From IMG/VR virus record IMGVR_UViG_3300026521_000151, positions 3,627-67,626 of that record: 64,000 nucleotides of DNA, one strand, 5' to 3'. Position numbers and translations under genes: made by a program. Positions 19,433 through 27,120 of the stretch are shown here, piece by piece (position 1 is the first letter of the stretch; every line of letters starts with the position of its first letter). The DNA is from a virus. The notes beneath the pieces are model-generated. The model worked only from the letters and a program-made list of their open reading frames with translations, was not told the DNA's origin and searched no databases.

Positions 19433-19567
19433 TAATCCTTTTTCTTATGTATTTCCACTGTCATTAAAATTAGTATAAAAATATAAAATCCCTAAATTAA
19501 GGATAATACCCTATGGGAAATTTTATATAATAAATATATACTATAATAAAGTTATTTTTAACTATCT
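19433..19567 (-). repeat. R1 copy E
   Basis: R1 core plus RBS tail. Confidence 0.92.
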
Positions 19568-19574
19568 GAATTAA

Positions 19575-19997
19575 CTAAATAGACTCTAAATATAAATCAT
19601 CTATCTTATTATTTAGTACATCATAATCAGCTCTAAACCATTGTTCTTTAAACAACCACTCCCCGTTTTCTTTTATAACCACAACTGTTATGTAACAATA
19701 CGGTGGTTGATCCTCCATTAAATCCCTAAAATCTATGTTTAGACTACAACTAACCGTGCAAGTATCACTAATTAATTTACAGTTTTTTAACTCGTGGAGT
19801 ATAAAGTGTTTTGAATAAATACCTCCGTCATCTTTTGGTTGAGCTTCAAATTCTACATAATCAATAGCCCCTATTTTTCTATTTACAATGTTTTCTAACT
19901 TTCTAACTAATCGTGTAGTTGTTATAAAATCATCTATTTCTAATTCATTTTCTACATATTCCTGTGATAACAACTCTTTTGGTGTATTCCATTTCAT
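19575..19997 (-). CDS. Hypothetical acidic protein
   Basis: 140 aa; bracketed by R2 copy 4 and R1 copy E. Confidence 0.65.
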   Translation of the reverse strand: MKWNTPKELLSQEYVENELEIDDFITTTRLVRKLENIVNRKIGAIDYVEFEAQPKDDGGIYSKHFILHELKNCKLISDTCTVSCSLNIDFRDLMEDQPPYCYITVVVIKENGEWLFKEQWFRADYDVLNNKIDDLYLESI

Positions 19998-20006
19998 TTT
20001 ATAATC

Positions 20007-20129
20007 CTTTTTATAATTTTACTTTACCTTACTATTATACATAGCTCTATAAGGCTCATACTTTGCTTCTAAGCAACTTTATTAAGTTTTATAAGCAAAC
20101 ATACTATAAGCCTTTTAAAGTTGCTTAAA
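20007..20129. repeat. R2 copy 4
   Basis: Direct repeat of 19089-19211; overlaps the stop of 20125..20316; carries TATAAT upstream of the RBS on the minus strand. Confidence 0.9.
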
Positions 20130-20316
20130 TCCTTTTATTTTTACTAATTATTTCGAAGTCAATAAATGATACAGGAATTAGCACAAAGGTTTCAAGTGTT
20201 TGTTTATAACCGTAAAGGTAAAATTTACCTACATTTCCTGCTAAACCGTCAAACACTAATTTATAATTTCTTACTCTTATAACTTGTCCTTTTGTTAAGT
20301 AAATAATACTATTCAT
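20125..20316 (-). CDS. Hypothetical protein
   Basis: 63 aa, coupled to the upstream gene. Confidence 0.5.
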   Translation of the reverse strand: MNSIIYLTKGQVIRVRNYKLVFDGLAGNVGKFYLYGYKQTLETFVLIPVSFIDFEIISKNKRI

Positions 20317-20633
20317 CTCTTACTCCTTTTCTTTTTATTTTGTTTGAAATACTTTATATTTTGTGGGTTTTTAATTATAATTCCTACCTTTTCAGTAGTT
20401 AACCCACTTAAATAATGATAGGTAACACCCTCAAACTCTATAATATAAGTTTGGTATTTTTTCAGTATTTTATATTTTGTTTGTCCTTTTCTGTGATTTT
20501 CAACCCATAAATGTTCTCTAAAATCATCCCAGGTGGAAGTAGTAGGGTTATATTTTGTTACATTTAGTAACAAAACTAAGTCTTTATAGCCAACTTTACT
20601 GAATTTTGCTACTCTTGCTCTAAATTTATCCAT
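20313..20633 (-). CDS. Hypothetical basic protein
   Basis: 106 aa; LLLNV...DDFREHLWV pattern. Confidence 0.55.
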   Translation of the reverse strand: MDKFRARVAKFSKVGYKDLVLLLNVTKYNPTTSTWDDFREHLWVENHRKGQTKYKILKKYQTYIIEFEGVTYHYLSGLTTEKVGIIIKNPQNIKYFKQNKKKRSKR

Positions 20634-20644
20634 AATTTATCCAT

Positions 20645-21469
20645 TTATTGTATAAAATTTAGACAATCAGCACATACAAAATAACCATTAGCATCATAAA
20701 GTTTTGTATGTTCTCCACATACCTCACAAACAATAGGTGTATTTTCTATAAAAAAATCATCATAATATGGTAACTCCTCCACCTCAAATTGTTTTTTACT
20801 AACTTGTCGAATAAACTCTTGATTTTGTAAGAGTTTCAAAGTTTCTACCATTTTATCATAATAGATTATTTCGTTTTTAGTGTGTTCATTGTCATACCCT
20901 ACTGATAAATTTATCATAGCAACTTTTGTATGTTCAGCAACCGTCACCCCGTCTGTGTAGCTTCCCATACCCTCTTGAAAACCTAAATCTAAAAATATGT
21001 TATTTAAGTCTTGTGCATCAAAACCATAAGTAGCAAATTCATTTACTCCATTTGGACTTCTACGGTCTAATGAAATAATACACGACCAATTTTCATCTTT
21101 ATACAAAGTATTACACCAAGTACCTACACCTATTCCTCCTATCTCTTCATCCGTAGTAAGTAAAATATCGTAATCATTTATACTATTTTTTAGTAAAGAT
21201 TCAACAATCCATACACCACATCTATCATCGCCACCTAAACAACTTGCTTTACTTTTCTTATTTAGTGTTATTGTGTTACCTATAATATCTAAATCAGTGC
21301 TATTCAGTGCTGATTTATACCTGTGAGTGTTTATCGTGTCCAAGTGGGCTGTTAAAAGAGGTTTCAAGCCCTCTTTACTTCCTTTAATAAGTACAGCACC
21401 TGCCGTTATCTCATATTTTTTTATTAAGCTATTCTGTGTTTCTTTTAGTAATTGTATTAAGTTTTTCAT
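20645..21469 (-). CDS. M28/M20-like zinc peptidase with C-terminal Zn ribbon
   Basis: AHLDT, GGDDRCG, TDEEIGG, SLDRR, NLSVGYDNEHT; CxxC...CxxC tail. Confidence 0.85.
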   Translation of the reverse strand: MKNLIQLLKETQNSLIKKYEITAGAVLIKGSKEGLKPLLTAHLDTINTHRYKSALNSTDLDIIGNTITLNKKSKASCLGGDDRCGVWIVESLLKNSINDYDILLTTDEEIGGIGVGTWCNTLYKDENWSCIISLDRRSPNGVNEFATYGFDAQDLNNIFLDLGFQEGMGSYTDGVTVAEHTKVAMINLSVGYDNEHTKNEIIYYDKMVETLKLLQNQEFIRQVSKKQFEVEELPYYDDFFIENTPIVCEVCGEHTKLYDANGYFVCADCLNFIQ

Positions 21470-21491
21470 TTTTAAAATCCTTTATTTTTTT

Positions 21492-22880
21492 TTAGTTTAG
21501 TTCCTCAAAATCGATATTGCTATCGTTTTTCAGTGTTTCTATTTCGTCCTCATTTAACTCACATAGTTCTGGTATAAAAGTAGGTTGTCCGTTTATTGTT
21601 ACCAAATTACCGTCTATTTCGTCATCATCTAAGACTATTTCATAACCGAAATAGTCTGACAGCTCATAATAATTGAAATAATTAGCTACATTTTCAGTGT
21701 GGTACAATGCACGGTTTGAACTTTCGATACCATAAGTTGTTATAATTCCCTCAGTAGTACTATAAATACTGTTATTAGCTTCTGATACATACTCTTGTAT
21801 CACTTCATCATATATTACTTCATCTTCTGGTAGATAGTCGTCAGTATCTAAACAGTAATAAGCCTCATCACTTTCTATGTATGCATCTAATTGTTCAGAA
21901 TATACATAATATCTCTCTAAACACTGTGAGCATATATTCATTAGCCCTTCTCCATATACCTCAATTTCATTCATTTCACTATCTGCCTCATCACAATACT
22001 CACACATTATCTGAGTGTATTCACCACAAGTAGAATCCAACACCACTGACTGTTCATCATTAGTTAGGTAATTCGTTTCTATGTGCTCACAATAACTTAA
22101 TGTGTCTAAAAATGGTAAATAATACTGGTCTAAATCTACATAGTCCTCATGTTTTGTATGTACTTTTATATCATCATAAAAAACTTTATTCTCATAAATG
22201 AAACTCCCTTTTTCCTGGTATGATTGATATTTTTTGAACACCATATTGTTTTTTGTTGCATACTGTTGAAAAAAATGTAGGTATTTTTCCTCAGTGTAGT
22301 AAATTCTATCCATAAAATCTACTGTCTGATTAAGTTGTGGAAAATATACATTTTTCCATAATAGTGCTCTCGCAATTAATGTGTTTTTACTGTTAGTTAA
22401 ATAAAGAACCCCCACATCGAAATTTTCCATTAGAAAAGTGTAATAACTTCCATTATTTCGCATACAACTATTTCCAACAGTTCCTTTTGGGTAGTGTTCA
22501 AGATTATAAATCGCTTCAATATCACTTGATTTTAACATTTTTAAGTCTTTATCTATTTTATACTTTATACCCCATTCTGCAACTATTTTTCCAATAATAG
22601 TGCTATCTAATTCAGGGAAAATAGATTTCAGGATTTTTCCTAATTTCACAGGGTTTTCAGGGTTACTTTTAAAATACCAATTTCCACTCGCTCCGTTGTA
22701 TAAATAGTTTGTATTAGGTTCTGATTTATAGTTTTTATCTACTAAAACCTCGTACAAGGTTTTGTTTTCATTGTTTGCAACTGTGGTTAATGATTCCTCA
22801 GATATTAAGTTTTCATTCACTGTTGCCATAACTTCCATAAGTCTATCCATTGATAGACGCGATATATATAATATGTTCAT
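21492..22880 (-). CDS. Conserved-looking phage protein of unknown function
   Basis: SCMR, ARALLW, FMDRIY and PFLDTL motifs, then CxxC..CxxC and an acidic Tyr-rich tail. Confidence 0.6.
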   Translation of the reverse strand: MNILYISRLSMDRLMEVMATVNENLISEESLTTVANNENKTLYEVLVDKNYKSEPNTNYLYNGASGNWYFKSNPENPVKLGKILKSIFPELDSTIIGKIVAEWGIKYKIDKDLKMLKSSDIEAIYNLEHYPKGTVGNSCMRNNGSYYTFLMENFDVGVLYLTNSKNTLIARALLWKNVYFPQLNQTVDFMDRIYYTEEKYLHFFQQYATKNNMVFKKYQSYQEKGSFIYENKVFYDDIKVHTKHEDYVDLDQYYLPFLDTLSYCEHIETNYLTNDEQSVVLDSTCGEYTQIMCEYCDEADSEMNEIEVYGEGLMNICSQCLERYYVYSEQLDAYIESDEAYYCLDTDDYLPEDEVIYDEVIQEYVSEANNSIYSTTEGIITTYGIESSNRALYHTENVANYFNYYELSDYFGYEIVLDDDEIDGNLVTINGQPTFIPELCELNEDEIETLKNDSNIDFEELN

Positions 22881-22934
22881 TTTTAAGTCCTTTTTGTTTT
22901 GATTTTATTTTGTGTTTGCACCTAATGACTACAC

Positions 22935-23146
22935 AAATATAAGGGTAATTTCATATTACTGAAAAAATTACCCTTATATTTATATAACATTGTGATTTAA
23001 TTCTACTTAATAAATCACCTTATTTATGGGAAGTGGTGATTATTATTTAGTGTTTTTCATATTTTATAAAATAATTGTATAACATTGTCAAACATTAATC
23101 AGTTATGACTACCTTACAAAATTTTTTTATTTTTTGTAAGGTAGTG
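22935..23146. repeat. Cluster of inverted repeats with candidate promoter
   Basis: 17-bp stem 22935-22981, 9-bp stem about 23010-23043, 14-bp stem 23108-23146; TTGACA-17-TATAAA on the minus strand near 23063-23091. Confidence 0.75.
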
Positions 23147-23158
23147 AAATTTTTGTAA

Positions 23159-23253
23159 GTTTTTGAGTTCAGTTTTTTGAGTTCAGTTTTTTGAGTTCAG
23201 TTTTTTGAGTTCAGTTTTTTGAGTTCAGTTTTTTGAGTTCAGTTTTTTGAACT
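23159..23253. repeat. 14-bp tandem repeat (GTTTTTTGAGTTCA) x6
   Basis: GAGTTCA at 23165, 23179, 23193, 23207, 23221 and 23235. Confidence 0.95.
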
Positions 23254-23524
23254 TAATGGAACATCGCCGAAAAACCAAGTAAAAAGCTGAACGAAATTAT
23301 TATGTCGATTTTGTTGTATCTCATTTTGAATCCTTTATTTTTTATTTTTTAAATTACATTTTAATTTTTTAAATAAGCTTGAAAATCAGCTATCACAAAA
23401 TTGATTTCAGATAGCTTTAAATTTTCTTTGAAGAGTTGGTCTTTAATTTGTATTAACATTTTAACCTGCTCTTTTTTATTTAGTTCTTTGAAAAACTCCA
23501 CTAAGTTTATATAATCATTTAATT

Positions 23525-23821
23525 TCATTTTGAATCCTTTATTAAAGTTTCTAAATTAGCTTTTAAATTGTAAGAGCTTACTACGATACAACCTCCACAG
23601 TCTTTTCCACGGTATTTTTTCCCGCCAATTTCCCTGCTTATTTTTAAAGCTTGATTAAACAATTTAGAAATAGAATTTATGTCTATTTTATAATCAATCT
23701 CTTTTAATCTAAGAAAATACAAAAAGTGAATCACATATCTAGGGTTACCATTCACATCGTTCTTAACTCTTTTATACTCAACTTCTACATCATTTACAGT
23801 TACATAGTTAACCATATTCAA
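23525..23821 (-). CDS. Conserved-looking small phage protein
   Basis: RVKNDVNGNPRYVIHF...GGKKYRGK..GG.IVVSSYNL; AAAGGA RBS. Confidence 0.6.
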   Translation of the reverse strand: MNMVNYVTVNDVEVEYKRVKNDVNGNPRYVIHFLYFLRLKEIDYKIDINSISKLFNQALKISREIGGKKYRGKDCGGCIVVSSYNLKANLETLIKDSK

Positions 23822-24280
23822 ATCCTTTAAATTTAATTTTGTGATATTCTATTTACATAATGAGAACATCATCAAACTAAATCGTTTGATTGAACCTTTA
23901 AACAACACTCCAATGCACTTCCAACACTTGGTAGCCAACCTTTAAAAGTTCCTTAACAACAAATTATCAAATATCGTTTATAGTGTTATGATGATTTAAT
24001 CAAACCACTTGGTGCTATTGTTTGGATTATGTTTTTAGTATTTTGAAAATACTTTATGTAATCCTTGCACCTTTTAAATAAATAAAAACTCAAACCTTTT
24101 TGAAAGAAACTTTTAATCTCTTTCAAGCCGTTTGTTTGTTTATGAGTTGGAATTATAGTAAATTTTTGTTTGAATGTCAAGTGATTTTTAATAAATTTAT
24201 ACACAAATTTTAATGAATGTTTAATAAAGTCCGTAAATAAGGGTTATAAAATTATTGTAAATTTTGTTATTTTTAGTGTA

Positions 24281-24483
24281 GATAGCTTGAAGGTGTATTA
24301 TAATAGTTATAATAGATTATATGATAGCTTGGAGGTGTATTATAGATAGCTGTATGGAGGTGTATTATAATAGTTATAATAGATTATATGATAGCTTGGA
24401 GGTGTATTATAGATAGCTGTATGGAGGTGTATTATAATAGTTATAATAGATTATATGATAGCTTGGAGGTGTATTATAATAGT
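24281..24483. repeat. 67-bp tandem repeat built from six G(G/A)AGGTGTATTATA cores
   Basis: GATAGCTTGG at 24323, 24390 and 24457. Confidence 0.92.
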
Positions 24484-24570
24484 GTTATTAGTGGAGTGTG
24501 CTTCCATTATATGTTTGACTCAAACATAATGATACAGGGGGATGTTAGTTTGAGATTTTTAGTGGTTGTT

Positions 24571-24730
24571 TTGGAGAGTACAAAACACTCTCAAACACGT
24601 TATGTAATATATACTCTGAGTATAATTAAATACTATTGGAGAGCGTCACAAAACACTCTCAAACACGTTATGCAATATAGATATACACAATATCTAAGTT
24701 AATTCTACTAAACACAAAACACTCTCAAAA
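24571..24730. repeat. Regularly spaced repeats with hairpins
   Basis: ACAAAACACTCTCAAA at 24580, 24648 and 24714; the first two extend to 32 bp. Confidence 0.8.
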
Positions 24731-25303
24731 TCACACCACCAATTTTCGCCCCAAAACCTTTGCCTGATTGTCTAATGAATGTAAATCAGAGTTATTATCA
24801 ATATCATTCGGGAAACTAATGTCATCAAAACTTAATTCTGATTTATGAGTATCTAAAACACCTTTAAATTGTTTATTAACTTTAACAAAAACACAATCAT
24901 AAGAATCAAATACTTTACTTTCATAAGGGTATCTATAATCAGGTATTAATACAAAATCATAATTAACTCCCACCGATTCTATATATGATTTTAAAACTAA
25001 ACTCCAATACAATTTCCCTTTACACTCCTTAACCGATTCTGCGTAGTGTTGTATAAACTGCCTCCAAGTCAAACTCCCTGAAGGACTTACTAATGAACTA
25101 CTATTCTTTAATCTGTCTAAACACACTACACTAAACCCAAATAACTTACTTATTTCCTCTTTTACTTTATCAGCAAAATGGACTACCAAAACTCTCTTTC
25201 CTCTAAATTCTAAATAGTCTTGAAGGAAAGTAGCAAAGGTATCCTTCCCTGACCTTTGCTTCCCTGCTATAAATACTAACTTAGGTTTCTTAGTACTACT
25301 CAT
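24731..25303 (-). CDS. Deoxynucleoside monophosphate kinase
   Basis: IAGKQRSGKDT P-loop, HFADKVK, PDYRYPYE, HKSE. Confidence 0.85.
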   Translation of the reverse strand: MSSTKKPKLVFIAGKQRSGKDTFATFLQDYLEFRGKRVLVVHFADKVKEEISKLFGFSVVCLDRLKNSSSLVSPSGSLTWRQFIQHYAESVKECKGKLYWSLVLKSYIESVGVNYDFVLIPDYRYPYESKVFDSYDCVFVKVNKQFKGVLDTHKSELSFDDISFPNDIDNNSDLHSLDNQAKVLGRKLVV

Positions 25304-25304
25304 T

Positions 25305-25532
25305 TTATCTCCTTCCTTTTTCTCTTTTCATTTGTGTCATCCTACCATAATAATTATCAGGGACTCCAATATCATTATGACATTTTAATGTTACTATTTT
25401 ACTTATTGTCTTTTGTGTTGTGTTATACTCTTTAGCTAAATCACTTTGACTAATTCCTTCTAAGTAATCTATCCTTATTTTTAACAACTCTTCCTCTGAC
25501 CAAGCTTTCTGTATTCCTACTCTTTTCTTCAT
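25305..25532 (-). CDS. Small HTH protein
   Basis: IRIDYLEGISQSDLAKEYNTTQKTISKIV. Confidence 0.6.
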   Translation of the reverse strand: MKKRVGIQKAWSEEELLKIRIDYLEGISQSDLAKEYNTTQKTISKIVTLKCHNDIGVPDNYYGRMTQMKREKGRR

Positions 25533-25547
25533 TTTATCTCCTCACCA

Positions 25548-25778
25548 TTATAACTTAGAAATAGTGAAATCGGATAATTGATTTAATTCTTTTAAAAAAG
25601 AAACACTCACATTATTTATTTGTCCAACATAATAATCTTTATGGTGTTCTAATTCTGATTTCATCTTTTTAATCCAAGCTTTCACGCCTAAGTTATAATC
25701 ATTTGCTTCCATTTTATATCTAAACGCTCTTTTATACACTTTATAAGCTAATTTAGCTTCATCTCTTGTTACTTCCAT
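25548..25778 (-). CDS. Hypothetical protein
   Basis: 76-aa ORF within operon. Confidence 0.5.
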   Translation of the reverse strand: MEVTRDEAKLAYKVYKRAFRYKMEANDYNLGVKAWIKKMKSELEHHKDYYVGQINNVSVSFLKELNQLSDFTISKL

Positions 25779-25796
25779 TTTATTACCTTTGTTGTT

Positions 25797-26015
25797 TTAC
25801 CTAACTTCATAATCTTCATCATCTACCAATAACACACTACCTCTGTACTTATTTATAAAATCATAAATATAATTAAAATCTACTGTAATTGGTATTTCTT
25901 CAGGTTTTAGAAAACCTATTTTAGTAGGTAATCTTCCTGCTACATAATGTAGTTTATCATCAATCACAAAAGTATCACAATAGTATTTTAAAAATAAATC
26001 AGTTACACTTTTCAT
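25797..26015 (-). CDS. Hypothetical protein
   Basis: 72-aa ORF with AAGGA RBS. Confidence 0.5.
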   Translation of the reverse strand: MKSVTDLFLKYYCDTFVIDDKLHYVAGRLPTKIGFLKPEEIPITVDFNYIYDFINKYRGSVLLVDDEDYEVR

Positions 26016-26034
26016 ATTTTATCCTTCATTTGTG

Positions 26035-27066
26035 TTATAAATCGCTCCAGCCATCTAAAATAGTAGGTTGTTTATAATTTATACTTGTTACCTCAAAATT
26101 GTTTGTTCTACTTGTTGTTTCATCAATAACCCCTGATTGTAAATCTAAATGCTTATAAGGATTAGTTGTTTCATTGTAAATAGGGTTAAATTCTATTTGT
26201 TTCAATAACCAATCACATCTGTATTTAGCATATTGTGTTACACTCTCTGATGATTGTCCTAACACTTTATCACCTAAAATAGAAACACTGAATTTTATCT
26301 CCCACTCTGTTGCTTGTCTGAATAAGTCATAGATAACGTCTGTGTATTCCTCTTTAAGTTCAGGGTATTCATTCCAAATCTCTAAGAATATGTTTCTAAA
26401 TAATACAATGTGGAGTTCCTCTTCCTGTCTAATATATCTAATTTGTGTGTCTGTTGATGACATCAGACCTCTTGAATTTAGATTATGGAAGAATTGGAAT
26501 CCGTTGTAAAAATACAAACCCTCTAAGATGTAGTTCCCTATAATAGATTTCATAAATGTTGCTTCACAAGGATTATCTATAAAATCTTGATAAATACTCG
26601 CTATAAACTTATTTCTTTCTAACAATAACTTATTATCTCTCCAACGATAAACAATTTCAGTAGCCTCTTTATGACTAAATAATGAACTTAGTATATGTCC
26701 ATAACTTAAACTGTGATTACTTTCTTCATAAGTTTGGAAAGCTAAACAAATAACAACCTCTGGTGCTGTGATATAGTCAGCTATATTAGGTATATTATTT
26801 GTTTGTACACTATCTAAGAAAACTAAAAAACTAATAATATCTTTGTATGCCTCTTGCTCTGCTTTTGTTAAGCTAAACCAAGTTTCTTTGTCAGGGAGCA
26901 TATCTACTTTATAAGGTATCCACACCTTAGTGAACATACTCTCATATAGCTTAATAGCCCATTTATATTTACTTGTTTCTAAGTTTAGTAAATTAGTTGT
27001 GTTACCATTTATTATTCTTATATTGTTATCATCGCCTGTTGGGTTAAATAATCTCTTCTTTTCCAT
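26035..27066 (-). CDS. nrdB: Class I ribonucleotide reductase beta subunit
   Basis: FLDSVQ, EESNHSLSY, LEGLYFYNGF and EEELH di-metal motifs. Confidence 0.95.
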   Translation of the reverse strand: MEKKRLFNPTGDDNNIRIINGNTTNLLNLETSKYKWAIKLYESMFTKVWIPYKVDMLPDKETWFSLTKAEQEAYKDIISFLVFLDSVQTNNIPNIADYITAPEVVICLAFQTYEESNHSLSYGHILSSLFSHKEATEIVYRWRDNKLLLERNKFIASIYQDFIDNPCEATFMKSIIGNYILEGLYFYNGFQFFHNLNSRGLMSSTDTQIRYIRQEEELHIVLFRNIFLEIWNEYPELKEEYTDVIYDLFRQATEWEIKFSVSILGDKVLGQSSESVTQYAKYRCDWLLKQIEFNPIYNETTNPYKHLDLQSGVIDETTSRTNNFEVTSINYKQPTILDGWSDL

Positions 27067-27120
27067 TATATTCCTTTATAATTTATGTTATGCTAACCTC
27101 TTAAAAAGAGGGTGATTGTC

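Noticed and set aside
23986-24204. 72-aa minus-strand ORF
   Set aside because: GTG start without a clear RBS in a low-complexity non-coding tract; not supported.
24388-24702. 104-aa plus-strand ORF
   Set aside because: Translation of the tandem repeats and hairpin array; opposite to local gene direction and not protein-like.
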